A stretch of DNA of 60,937 bases, counting the filler, from Sphacelaria rigidula (taxonomy: Eukaryota): assembly GCA_964200075.2 (NCBI GenBank). It is 7 parts of 7 records of this genome, joined end to end, with 100 filler letters (N's around TTAATTAATTAA, not from the genome) between each part and the next. Parts side by side here need not be neighbours in the genome. Positions count along the whole stretch, not along the records: positions 1 to 8,621 come from CAXNAA020010581.1; positions 8,722 to 17,341 come from CAXNAA020010582.1; 5 more parts are not named here. One strand, 5' to 3'. Positions 1 through 12,122 of the stretch are shown here, piece after piece (position 1 is the stretch's first letter; the number at the start of each line of letters is the position of its first letter). Both the position numbers and the translations under genes were made by a program. Below the pieces are notes generated by a model. It was not told the DNA's origin. It was given only the letters and a program-made list of their open reading frames with translations, and did no database searches.

Positions 1-71
1 CGAAGATTTTAATCCTCCGGGTTCTCATCCTCAATCAATAGCACCATCCTCAATATAGATGATTGGCTGTT
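1..71. mobile_element. End of an element related to MITE family A
   Basis: CGAAGATTTTAATCCTCCGGGTTCTCATCC matches the family A arm, but the terminus is GATTGGCTGTT; the same terminus recurs at 38639-38668. Confidence 0.65.
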
Positions 72-880
72 ATAAGGAGTGTGTTATTGACCGTGAATGG
101 TACAAGAACCATAGTTTTCCGGCTTTGGCGCAGTGAAGAGGTGGAATTAAAAAAAAGTATTTCTTTGAGTCTTCATTTATATGATCGGGATCGAGTCGGT
201 CCACCGAAAATACCAGAAAGCTAGAACCTGGGGTTGCACTTTCGCGAGACCCCCGAAGATCGCTCAAGCCCGTAGGTCACTCAATATTAATCGCCGATAT
301 ATTTGTTTCAATATTTGTCGAGAGGATAGAAATATCTCGAGATGCCCATTTTTTGGCATGCAACAGTCACTGTGATGAGCGGTGGCAAGCGAAACAAAGT
401 TGTAGAATCTTTGAAAAACTAAGAAATTAAACATTCTACATACTTCTGACGCTGACTACTGTACATTTTTACGACAGCATCGCCGCTGAACTCCACTCTA
501 GCGTAAGGTACATACATGCTACAGTTGTCCGCCTACGCCCCACCGAATAAACTTAAAATTTGCGAACTCATGATCAATAACATGTTCTCGAGATTTGAGA
601 TTAGAGCGTTGGTTTCGAGTGTGTTTTATCACTCGCTCAACTTGACCGATTTTTCATTTGTGTTCGTGCTTTTCTTTTGCCCGTACTACTGGCGTGTGCT
701 CATAGCTACACGTCGATATCCTAATCAGGGGTATCGAGGGCCTCAGTGGCAAGCTACTGGAGAAAGAGTATAAGGCCTCGTGGGGTCATTTCGGAACCGA
801 AACGATCCAATCATTGATTGACCGCTTCTCATTTTAGTATTTCCTACTGCCAATCTCACAAGGACACTGCTGATCCTCAC

Positions 881-986
881 CTGCCAATGGCGGCGACGAG
901 ATCCCGTGTGACCTTCTTCATGGTTTCGCACCAATTCCAGACGGCAGAGACTGTATCGGCAACAGCCTTGAGTTGCCATTCCTTGC
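881..986 (-). CDS. Candidate exon KEWQLKAVADTVSAVWNWCETMKKVTRDLVAAIG, product unknown
   Basis: CACAG acceptor, GTGAG donor, open frame; no recognisable family. Confidence 0.4.
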
Positions 987-2285
987 CTGTGCACGTACAT
1001 GCGCGAGGGACGAGAGTTGAGGATGCTATCGTTGCATGGCGATTTCGATAATTGCGTCGGTGTTTTCTCCTCGGAGCGCGATCTGGTAAGGCCGGCCTAG
1101 CCTGAGTGATAATACTAGGATGGTTTCGTAGCGAATTATTTATTTTGCGCGAAGGGCGACTATGGCTGAGTGTTCAATTCAAGATGGTCACCCGGCAAAC
1201 AATGAGGATCCGTTTAAAATCAGGCGAAGAACTAGAGCATGGGACACGCCCTGTTTCGCTGTATTGAAGCATGAACACGCTTGCGTCCGCTCTCTAGTGC
1301 TGTAGCTACCTCTGTTCTGTGGTGTGTTTAGACGATACGAAAACGGTTTGGTCTCTGCTGAGGTTGCCTCGGCTGCTAAATTGTTGTATTCGTCTCTCTG
1401 TAAAGTATCCTTTCAGTCGTACGCAGTTTTGTCTACACACTTGGCCGCTGAAAACTTTATGTTGCCCACACTCTTCATTTTCTCAGCGATACCGAACATG
1501 GCTGGGTAAAGAGATCTCACCAGCCCCGGTATACACTGCTCGACCGGCTGGGCCAGACCACGGGCTCCGATGGAAGAAGCAACCCACGGCATAGTGCGGA
1601 TATACTGCACCGCCATGGTACTGCTTGCACCCGGCAGCATGGCGGGCGCTGCTGCTGGCATTGGCGTCAGCGCTGGCGGCCACGGAAAGACACCACCAGC
1701 CATACTATGATGGGGATGTACAGATACACGAGCATCGCAATGACCCCCTGCGGCGGTAATATACCACTCGCGTCTGCTTGTCTGCTTGCAGCTTCATTTG
1801 TATGCTGCTGCTCTATCCGTCTCAGCGCTACGTATACTACAGGTGTGACTCGAGTGTGCGAGCCCATCACCAGCACTTTCACTACATACTTCGCTGTTGA
1901 GGTCACATTTCATCGGCGGTAGATTGCGCCCGTTCCTCACTGAAGTGCCTCCGGTTGCTTGAATTTCATATTTCACCACATAAAACTACCCCCCGTGTAT
2001 GGGCGTTGTGTCTAATACTATCCTCCGCTGTACACAGAGCTCTATACTGTACTCGAGTAATATACGAGACCCTCCGCATATTTTGAATCCTCGTTGCGGT
2101 TCAATTTACGAGTCACTCTGAAGTCCCACGAGTGCAGCACGGTCACGTTCCAGGCAGAGTGTCCTACTATCAACAAGACCGTCTTCACATATGTGCGTAC
2201 TTCCTCAATATGTTGTCGTGCAGCACGCGGTTACAATCGGTACCAAACAACCAACATGCGTGTGGGCGCAAATCCATACCCTCAC

Positions 2286-2562
2286 CTGAGCTGAGCGTGG
2301 TATGGCGCAGTGCCTCCAGGTTGAGCCCGTACGACTTTTGAATGCCGTTGGTGTCGAGCCACTTGATGTAGCTCTCCGCCGCACAGTTCATATATGTATT
2401 TGTCGTCTGATCATTGCAATCGCCTGTACTCATCGTAGTTGCGCTGTTTTTCACAGCCAGCGCGCTATAGGTGATGGCGACCCCCTGGTTCACCTTGAGG
2501 ACGTTGGGGCTGATCGTGTTTCGGTGGTGCGCATGTACCCTGTCGTATGCCTGCTGAACCAC
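2286..2562 (-). CDS. Candidate exon or decayed ORF (VQQAYDRVHAHH...YIKWLDTNGIQKSYGLNLEALRHTTLSS), product unknown
   Basis: Protein-like open frame ending at a CAG|GTGAG donor; 5' boundary uncertain. Confidence 0.35.
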
Positions 2563-3689
2563 ACTCGAGTAGGGTAGGATGATTGCGGCCGCCGCGTCTT
2601 ATTTAGTAGTGGTGGTGCTTACTTGTGGACGAACTACTGGGGGCTGTGGTGTGCGTCGTGGCTTGAGTGTACGTGCGGCAGGTTGTAGTTAGTGGCTTGC
2701 TTCATCGTGCAGCGGATGAAAGGATTCAAATTTGAAACTCAGCTAAAATGCCTGTCCAAGACCTTGCAACTCTGTTTTTCTTCTTTGCTGTAAGAAGTGG
2801 TGAAACAAAAATTCTGTCACTTTTTTGTCTGGAGAAGAATTGGCAACAACTATCTATTTTGAGGGTGATTTTTGTTCATTATGAGGAGCGGCCGCAGGAC
2901 CTTCTACTGAAGAAGAGATGATATTTCCACGAGAAAGTCCTTACCTCTCCAAAAACTAAAATTGAATGCTCATATTTATTTTTTCTTCGGCATTCCTTTG
3001 CGATTCTCCATGATAAGTTTCACATCACCATTTCAAAAATTGAGCTGAAAAGCTGAGACGAGGTCCGACAGCATTGTCCATTTCCCCTAAAAAATGTTTT
3101 TTTCGTTCATCGTGCACTAGTGATGATTCTCCATACGATATTCCTCGGTACAATTCTCAAGAACTGAGACGCGATATCCAGATTAAGTGCATCTAGTGCC
3201 TCTGCTCGTGTATATTGAATTAGGCAAAGGTGAGGGTATCGATCGTTTCCCCGTTCGCCAGGGTATGTCCACACCAAAAATCTTGATCATCCGCTGTATA
3301 TTTCGTTCGGGGTTTCACACAGACTTTGGTATAGACGCTATCTCCGTACGGTATAGGGGTTGCCAGACATGGGGTTTGATCCACGGGAAAGAAGTGGCCC
3401 AGGCTTTTGAGAAGATTCGCATCTTCCTCTCGCTCAGACGATAAGTATGATATGCGGATCACGGCCCAACTCATCTATGTCGATGGGATTTTGCTTCGAG
3501 AGCTTAAATCCGCGCCTGGGCCGGCCCAGCTCGTACCAGATACGAGCGAATTCGATTTCACCGCACGTTTTCGGTACGATTTTTTTAATAAGGCACGGCC
3601 TTACGGCGTATCTTATCAAATGGTTTTTTGATCGAAAAGGTGCAGTAGGGAAAAAAAACTTCCGATCTGATCGGCCATCATTTCAAAAT

Positions 3690-3891
3690 AATTCAGGGCT
3701 CTTAACGTTACACGTCACAAAATTCGTTACACCCGTAGCCCTGTGTCAAGTCAAGTCAAATCAAATTAAACGTCGGGCCTAGCTAGTACTACGGTGGGGG
3801 AACACGTAGGCCGCCACCGTAGTACTAGCCTGGCTCAACTTATGACGTACAACGATCTTTGATGTGTAACGTAGAGAGCCCTGAAATAATT
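3690..3891. repeat. Diverged inverted repeat with a perfect 16-bp central hairpin
   Basis: GCTAGTACTACGGTGG (3782-3797) pairs with 3814-3829; outer TTCAGGGCTCT..ACGTTACAC pairs with GTGTAACGT..AGAGCCCTGAA. Confidence 0.7.
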
Positions 3892-4268
3892 GACGTGGAT
3901 ATGGATTACCTATCCTGACCGATCAAACCGCATTTATTCTTCTCCGCCGCGCTTGTACGAACGAGAAATAGTATGATTGAGACACACGGCCTCATCACAC
4001 GGCTGTGAAATATACTACCGATGAAATTCTGTGTAAAGAAATTGTGACAAAATTCATGGATTAACTCTCTGCTGAGTCACCCTCGTGGACATGAAAAACT
4101 ATCGTTTTTCTCCTTTTTCTGCACAGTCATCAGCACAAGAAACTGAAATTTGTTGCATGTTCTGGGAAGACGTGCTATACGTACCCTGTAGGTTTTCGCA
4201 GTCCTTTGTTCTTCTCAAAGAGGCGTTTTGCCCTGCGACGTACGTACGGATGCGTGCTTGGCTCGCAG

Positions 4269-4329
4269 GGAGAAGGTGTCGAAGGCGTTCGAAGCAAAGC
4301 AGAAGGAGGAGGCGGCGATAGGAGACGAG
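4269..4329 (+). CDS. Coiled-coil protein exon EKVSKAFEAKQKEEAAIGDE (possibly prefoldin beta-type C-terminus)
   Basis: CGCAG acceptor and GTGC donor; purine-rich coding composition; phase-0 end joins 4690. The family is a guess. Confidence 0.5.
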
Positions 4330-4508
4330 GTGCAGTCCAAACCATCGTTTTATCTTTTCTTTTCTTTTTACACGCGAACCTGCCGACTGACCGCACTGTT
4401 GAACAGCGTATTTTTTTGTGGCTCCTCCAAAAAGGATTCGCACTACACTGTGAGCTAGAGTGGATGTGCGTTTCTCTGCGGTAGTAGATCGATCGTGGTA
4501 TGCTGTAC

Positions 4509-4548
<40 letters not shown>

Positions 4549-4549
4549 G
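4509..4549. repeat. (GTT)n microsatellite
   Basis: Read directly; lies in the candidate intron 4330-4689. Confidence 0.95.
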
Positions 4550-4689
4550 CTTCTGCTGCTGCTTCCCCATTTCTATTCCTACTTTTTGCCGCCCTTGACG
4601 CTAAAGTGATGCCCCTGTTTGTATGGTGACGTGCCTGTTCGAATGCTGGCGTCCTATTTTCCCGAAACATCGTCACCGCCCGTCGCCAG

Positions 4690-4764
4690 ATCATGAGGAT
4701 TCAGGGAAGCATGAAGGAACGAGCAGCAGAAGAGGCACGAAAAGTCATGCAGGGCGTCGCGTAG
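4690..4764 (+). CDS. Terminal exon IMRIQGSMKERAAEEARKVMQGVA* of the same coiled-coil protein
   Basis: CCAG acceptor; in frame with 4269-4329; ends at TAG. Confidence 0.45.
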   Translation: MMRIQGSMKERAAEEARKVMQGVA

Positions 4765-5174
4765 CGCCGTTTCATCCATTCGAGAAAACATACGATGCTG
4801 CTGACTCTCACTCCGTCGAAAGAAGAGGGCGGGGGCTAGGGAATACCTTCACGAACCACCGTAGCCGTAGTAGACATCTTGGCTCGATAACACTCTTCTG
4901 GAGCGGAGTTTGAACATTTGGATTAGCGATGTCGTGATAGCCCCCCCGCCCCCCCCCCCCCCCCCCCCCCCCCACCCCACCCCCCCCCCCCCCCCCACAC
5001 CCCCCACCCCCCACCCAANNNNNNNNNNGAACGCTCATCGTTCCATGCGATCATGTCCGGGGCTGACGTTAGGCTTTTTCGAGGCGGCGGAGGCCACGCC
5101 CCCCCCCCCCCCCCCCTCCCCCCGCAAAAGCGGCTACTTAGCGGAAGCAAAATCTTTATGAGAAGCAAAATGAC

Positions 5175-5320
5175 AATAGCCGAGCACACCGGGCACCTGG
5201 CAACTCCCACTCTTGGGATCATTTTCGGCAATGTCGCCCGTACGAGGCACCTTCATCATGCGGTCTGAAACCAGCTATCATGCGCTGTATGGCCATTTTC
5301 TTCGTGACGGTCTTGGGGCT
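5175..5320 (+). repeat. Unclassified dispersed repeat, second copy at about 19460-19605
   Basis: Shared CCGAGCACAC..GGCAACTCCCAC..CAATGTCGCCC..ACCAGCTATCATGCGCT; both copies follow a C run. Confidence 0.7.
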
Positions 5321-6209
5321 CGTTTGGGGGGGGCGGGAGAGGCTATCGCGGCATCGCTGGCATCATGATCGTTCCCGGGAGGCAAAGCTTCGATAATCTC
5401 AACCCGTGTCTTTGGGGCAGGCGCGCGCGTTTGTGTGGAGGGTGCTTTTGTGAGAGCGGCTAGCGTGCCATGTATGCAGATGAGTGGGCGTAAACCTCTT
5501 CGAACCCCTTGGGCTCCAGACCCCTCGGATGAACCTTTCTCGAAGATGGACGACGGGTGATGTGTTGGAAGCAACTGCTTTAGTTTACAAACGTTGTATA
5601 ATAATACTGGGTCAAGGATTGGTGACCACGGAATGAACGGCATCTTGTCATCGAGGGTGCTGCTCGCAGAACACGAGGAAGCTAATGATGTACAGCGTCG
5701 GGATAACCGCCCCCGAGGTCGGGCCGGTGCTGGTCTTTCCGAAAGGAGGTCTGGTGCCCAAGGGTCATTAAGGCATCTGTAATTTATGTTACCTTGCAGC
5801 AGTTTTTCTACTGTACTGCGGCGTTCGTTTTCGATCGCGGACTACTTCTACTTATGCACATACCAGCGTATGTGCAGTACGTACAATGAGGGGAAGCTAT
5901 GGCCGATGGTGATGGAAGCATCGACGGGAATAGTGTGCGGGGGAACGGGAGGCTACAGATCGATTCACGATGAAGCTGGTTTTGCCATGCGGGTGCGTTT
6001 CGCCGGTAGATCCTAAAACGTAGGACGTGCTAGACGCCACGATCGGGTTGTGAATTTTGGAGAGGTCGATTGCGTGCAGCGTTCATCACATGCGGGTGTT
6101 TCAAGTGGGTAGAACTGGGCGCCGCATGTTGCTGAGCATGTCGCTGAAGCAGTCAGCAGTTAACAGATGGCGTGGACCTTGAGTGTGTGACTTTTCCCGT
6201 TGTAACACC

Positions 6210-6301
6210 TTGTTCAGGAAGCGAACAGTTTACCCATTGAACCAGTGAGCTCACTGGTTCGCTCACTGGTTCAATGGGTAAACTGTTCGCTTCCTGAACA
6301 A
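6210..6301. repeat. Perfect 41-bp-arm palindrome with a 10-bp spacer
   Basis: 6210-6250 is the exact reverse complement of 6261-6301. Confidence 0.95.
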
Positions 6302-8561
6302 AAGCCTTCGCCTCGAGGGGGGGGAAGCATTCTCGAAAGCGTCTGGTGAGAATTAGCTCTCAGAAAATAGTAGCATGTATTCCAATTCCAATTTTCAAAT
6401 TGGTTGTTGTCTCAGGCTATTCCAGATCCGGTATTGGATTTCTGTGACAGAAAAACGAGCAGAAATTTTCGAGAACTTCTCAAAAAACAGAACTTTTCAA
6501 GAACCGCTAGGAACATGACCCCATTCTCTGGAGTACAGGGTGGTATCCTAAGCACAAGACAACTCTGCAGTGGTATATGAAGTGCAGAGCGCTACACTGA
6601 ACAGCAGACAACATGGCAGTTCTGCAGTGATTTCTAGTTTTAGAACCTAAAGACGGACTGCATACAGCATAGCACCGCCACTACTGTACTCTCTGTGCTT
6701 GGGAGAGTACAACCTGTACTCGGACAGGGGAGGTGGCAACCGGACATGGGAGGTGGACAGCACGCAATCACTTGTGGATAGATACACTGCAGTAGCTGGG
6801 TATGCTTTGTTATTTTTTGGTGAAAACTTGCCCGTCTTCTCTCATGATGGGCATGAGCGACAGAACTGCGTGGTACGGTGGGCAACCGAGTTGCGTGCAT
6901 GCTCATGGATAGTACAGTCTGTACAAAGCTGCACGTTGCTGAAGTCCTCTTCACGTCGCATTGTAAGCAGGGAGGACTGATAATCTTGGGCTCTCTGCAC
7001 TGCATGTTGCCTGCTTCTCCTTCATATCCTCCTGAACGAAACACGCACACAGACACTCAAGACACCCTGCTTGCAAGCGGTGCAGACAGTACAGACTGTG
7101 TGTATTGTACACGAGTGACCACGTGCCGCGTCATGAATTTCAGGCACAGGACCCATACATGAAGATAATTTAATTCTCTCAGGGGCACCTGAGAGGTACC
7201 CGTGTGAAACTAATAAAATGGCGGTGGTGGTGGTGATGATCCCTGGTCATCCACGGGCCAAACCCTTGCACTTTTTCAAATCAAGTGTTCTTCACGCTGG
7301 AAACCACCTCATTGCACATCTATAGGTAGTATAAGGATCCGCACGAAGTTTCAGGTCATCATTTCGTCCCCCCTGGGTTGAGTTTCACCCATGGCTGCTA
7401 ATACGGCTGTGCCCGGCGCTGCACGCACGATGGGTCGGAGAGATGTAACACGCGCACAAAAACTTTACTTTGGAATAGTAGATCTCTGTCAATACGGAAG
7501 CAAAATAAACGTATGGCATATCGAATAAAGATCTCCTTCATCACAAATACATACACACGTGAGTTTTTGTCACCGTTTCCTGTGCGTTCAGAAATTGTGG
7601 CCTATCATCCCAGGGGTTACGCTACATGCACTTCGTATACTCGCTCGAACCTCTTTTTCAAAATTCCAGGAAACTTCCAAATCTGTAATTATCCGACAAA
7701 ATAAACGGTGTTGTGATACACACCGGTCTACCCCTTGCACTGGGCTCAACGCACACCCGCAGCCGTGCTGAGTATACCGCATATCGCACGAGTACTTTTC
7801 GTCCTTATTGCTGTCTCAACGATGGCGCAAAATTCAAATGGAAATAACCGCGAAATACCCCGATGACGCGGCACTCCGTTTGGCCGTGCTCGCCGGGGGC
7901 AGAGATCTTTCTTCGCCACCACTCCAGTTGCCTCCACTGGTGGACCAGAACTCATCGCCGTCGGGGTCCTCGTCGTCGTGACTCCCGGCACTCCGTGGGC
8001 GGTCGATCATCTACGTCTGCACCACTTACCCGAGAGAGTTTGCGTGCGGAGCGTATGTCTCTCATGGGTCGGCAGCAAGATTCTTTGCCCAGTACTGGTC
8101 AATGGTAGCAACAGCGCCAACAAGCCGCCAGGGATCGTAGAAACGCTAACCTGCGCACAAGGCGACAAGCGATGAGGTGTGTTGTCCGATTTTGAACGCA
8201 GATTCACGATACAGTACACAGCCGTACTACAGTCCACTGAGCAGTACATGCGGTAGGTATATAGATTTTCATACCACTCCGTACAAGGTTTTGACGGATA
8301 CTGCTGTTGTATCAGAGAGCTTCGATGAGGTGTGTTTTCCAATCACCCTGTGCTACACAGTCGTACTGCAGTACTGCAGTACAGCAGTACATACCAATAG
8401 TCTACAACTTTACATGCTGCAACGTTCATGCTCCGCTGTTCATCTGTTTCCCTCTGTCACAGCGATGCCGATCGCGACAGAAACAACAGTTCGCGCAGAG
8501 AGCAGAGAGCTTCGATGAGGTGTGTTCTTGCTTCAACTTTAAACGTAGACTCATGCTATAG

Positions 8562-8621
8562 ATGATAGTGGTCATCGTCGAGGTCTGTGCGGCATTCGGC
8601 CTCGTCGTGGCGGAAAAGAAG
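8562..8621 (+). mobile_element. 5'-truncated LINE (RTE-like) reverse transcriptase fragment MIVVIVEVCAAFGLVVAEKK
   Basis: Matches the post-YADD 'FGLTVS.KKT' segment of non-LTR RTs; cut by the contig end. Confidence 0.7.
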
Positions 8622-8721
8622 NNNNNNNNNNNNNNNNNNNNNNNNNNNNNNNNNNNNNNNNNNNNTTAATTAATTAANNNNNNNNNNNNNNNNNNNNNNN
8701 NNNNNNNNNNNNNNNNNNNNN
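8622..8721. other. Artificial contig linker (N44-TTAATTAATTAA-N44)
   Basis: 100-bp N run with a six-frame stop motif; separates contig 1 (1-8621) from contig 2. Confidence 0.97.
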
Positions 8722-8954
8722 TTGCGGGGGGGGGGGGGGGGGGGGAGGTGCTGATCTCATTGCTGGAGAACGGTATCTGTGTGAATTTGCTGCAGATGTC
8801 TCTGCTGTTTTGTTCATTCTTTTTTTTCAGTCTTGGCCTGTCCATTTTGTTTCGCGCCCATCAGCCTTCCGATGAGAAATCGAAGTCCAAAGACCTACCT
8901 GTAATGCCCTTGTGTCTTTGTCGTCGCCGTATGGCTTTTCATAGAGACCCCGCT

Positions 8955-9180
8955 AGGGCCGAAGCTCATGAGAGTAGGGTAGTGCGCGTACTGCGCCAAG
9001 TTGATGAGGGGTTTGAGCGGGTTCGATTGCCACGCCTGCCTTGAGCAAACCTTTCGATACACTGGTGGCGCCTACCCCACATGACTACCGCGAAGTGGTC
9101 TAGCCGAGCCTCTGGGTAAGTGTTGAGTGAGAGTAGTGCGATCGTACCCAACTCTACCTAGTATCTGGGTAGATTTTAGA
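8955..9180 (+). mobile_element. Possible second tRNA-derived SINE
   Basis: B-box-like GGTTCGATTGC with a weak upstream A-box-like segment; single copy here. Confidence 0.3.
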
Positions 9181-10260
9181 GATCAAACCATCGTAGTGCA
9201 AGATACGGTAGAGTAAATACCAGGGATATGTACGGATAAAACCGTGGTCCACGGATTGAAGACTGTAGCGCCAGAGCAAGAAAGAAACATGAATAAAAGA
9301 GGGAACACGAAGAAGTAACCGGCACAGGGACTCGATCCGCCACGTTCCGCTTCGAACCGATTCATATTACGGCTCCTGCTACGGGTATACAGCGTAATTC
9401 GTGGCGAAATCTTCACGGATTTCAAACCGCGGTTTTGTTTTTCAAATAGCTGCGGGGAGAGGAAGACGATGTATTTTGCAACGCGAAGACGCTGATTCGA
9501 TTCGTCGTCATCATCAGTTGTTTACTTTGCCCTTCTTTGCGTCAAACTTGTCTTACTGTTGATCTCAGAGTAATCCAAAAAACGCGATTTCCTCCGTACA
9601 CATCCCTGGTAAATACCCGGGCATTCGCCTTAACCAATACACGGAGTATTGCCGGGCAACTGCGTATACAAACGCCTCTCTTGCGGTGGGAGTCCAGCAC
9701 AGCAGTGGCGGAGTACAGGTGGTTTCCTCCTAGTCCAAGAAGAATATAATACCAGTATGAAAACTCGAATGGGAGAAAACCCGAGCAGGATCACGAGGGC
9801 GGAGCAATTATTTGCAAGCCGTCAAATATTCATTTTAGACATTTCGCAGAAGCAGTCGGAGACAGAAGGAAAAAGGATAAAGCAAAGCACTCGTTTTGAG
9901 AAGAGAGGAAGGAAATAAATGCGACAAAAAAGAAAGAAAACAATCAATACGAACACAATGAGGACGAAGAAGAGGAGGAGTTAATGGGGTCCTCATGTTT
10001 CGATGGGTGATCATTTCGCTCGCTGTCCGCTTCCTGGCTCGTGTCATTTCTCAGCGGATTCGTCCCCTGCCGCCCATGCCGTCATGAATTGTGTCGGTCT
10101 GCCGTCCACTTGCCTTTTATTTTGCTTCCACGCGGTGGAGGCAGCACTCCCACGTGGTCCAACACGGCGGTGTGTCTTGCTTCTGAATGCTCCCCAGCTA
10201 TTGCATGCAGTTTTGCCGCGTGTTAACATCACGATTTTCGTTTTCCGTTTTGAACAACAG

Positions 10261-10338
10261 GACCATGGAGAAAGACCTACCCGTCGCGGTAGAGGACATC
10301 GTAGACGACTTCTACCGCGGATTCGTGGTCAACAGCGG
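10261..10338 (+). CDS. GT8 (glycogenin-like) glycosyltransferase exon TMEKDLPVAVEDIVDDFYRGFVVNS(G)
   Basis: T-rich tract with CAG acceptor and GTGGG donor; phase-2 end joins 17095 to read NSGCCG. Confidence 0.75.
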
Positions 10339-11534
10339 GTGGGTGATACACACTAGTTAGTGTGTGCTTTTCTTTGCCGCAGCGTTTCCAGCTGGGAACC
10401 TTCTTTGATTTTCTGGACCGGGGACGGTCCCGTGCTGCGTGCTCAGGCTTTTCCCCAGAGGGTGTTTCCACCGGCGGCGTCGCTAGCGCCGTAGGGTTGG
10501 AGAAACGTTCGAGATGGCATGCATCGTCACCAAGTGGGGTTCGTTCCTCGTAGCGTTACACGTGTCACGTTTTTCTCCATGGGTTCGTCGTAGTATCCCA
10601 TGACGCACAGGATTTCTACACGTATCATTTCATATTTTTCACCACTTGTACCGAGTTTCCTCTGACGGCAAGACATTTCTTACCACGCTTTCTTTTGCAG
10701 CGTACTCGGAAGTCTCAGCGGTACATTACCGTTCAGGTTCGGGCGTCATCTGATACCTGTGGCGCGTGCTCTGGCCACCGAAAGTCGCTCATACTGACCT
10801 TTTTCGCGGGGTGCCGATCCCGAACCACAGAAGCCTCTCCAAGATAACAGAAAACTTGAAACAGGAACCCGAACCACAGGAGCGTGTGAAAGATCATACC
10901 AAACTTGAAACAGGATTTCTTTTGGTGGAGTATTTTTCCCCCGTGTTTCTCTTTGTCGCGTTCTCGTTCATTTTGGAGCACGAACACACCGGGTATGCCG
11001 CCAATGTCACAAGAACATGAGAGCAAACCAGTTTAGAACAATTGAACATTGCCTTCGCCTTAGTTAGTAGCAAACACAAGACCGTGTGATGGGCCGTTGG
11101 CGAATTGAACAAAGCACAGCAGCACGGCAGCACAGAAATGTGTTGCCGGAAAAAAACAGTCACCCTGTTTTAAAAAAAGGACCGGTGATGTGGAAGCCAC
11201 AGTGATCTGCAAAGAACATGCAAATAATGTTCCACGCATTCCAGTGTTTCGGAAAGCGCCTCTCGCTGCCATGTCCTTGCGGCACGAGAGCTACTTCGCA
11301 CTCTGGCACCTCGGCTATACCACACATGTCCTACGCCGGCGGTTCCGCCGTCGGCCTCCGCCCGAATTCTCATATTTCCGAACGACAACCGATAACACGT
11401 GCGATGTTTCGTACAGCCACGATCCCTACTGTACATTGAGATACAAAAGTAGCTTCTCTTGACCATATACTTTCGACTTGCGTCACCCCCGGGAGGCCCG
11501 TACCATCCTCTCGAAGGGGAACCTTGTACATATA

Positions 11535-12122
11535 CTTCCTCTGTTTCATAAGTCTGTGCAGTTACATTCGTACGAGCCCCTCACGATGTCCAATTTGATT
11601 TTCGTTTTTTTAATGCATTCGTTGGCGTTTTTTGAGCCAACAGCATCAGTCTTTCTATGCTTGACCCGCGCAGCCTCGCGGCCGAGAAAAGTAGGTCGGT
11701 CAAAACATGGCCATTTATCGCTCTTTTTCCCAGTCAAGCATGGGCGACCTGGAAACACGAAAAATCGTGGGAAAATGTGAAGAAAAAAAAATGAAAATTG
11801 AAAAACCACCATTGATTTCGGATATCTCCGTGACGTTAACCTAGGCACGCCCCATCTAACAAACGTTCAGCTCGCAATCGCTAGTGCTCGACGAAAAACT
11901 CCCAAAATCGGTCAACATAGGGGTATACGTGGACCGATAAAGGCCAAAATGTGGAATATTTTGACTTGCATTTAGTTTTGAACACTACCTTCGATTTTTT
12001 TTTTAGTGAGCTTGGTACGCGCGTTGTGATTCTAACGCACCCGGGTACGGGATAAACGTCAACGTGGGAGTACTCTAACGATAAAGCGCCCATAACTGCA
12101 CAGACTAATGAAACAGAGGAAG
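11535..12122. mobile_element. Tc1/mariner-type (Stowaway-like) MITE, 588 bp
   Basis: TIR of about 30 bp, CTTCCTCTGTTTCATAAGTCTGTGCAGTTA, flanked by TA on both sides; lies in the GT8 intron. Confidence 0.88.

Noticed and set aside
4175-4570. Poly-Gln, poly-Thr, poly-Val, poly-Cys and poly-Leu ORFs here and at 37688, 37705, 40329, 56689 and 59811
   Set aside because: These are translations of microsatellites.
4940-5125. Pro/Gly-rich ORFs and G-quadruplex-like tract
   Set aside because: Low-quality poly-C sequence around a 10-N gap; unreliable.
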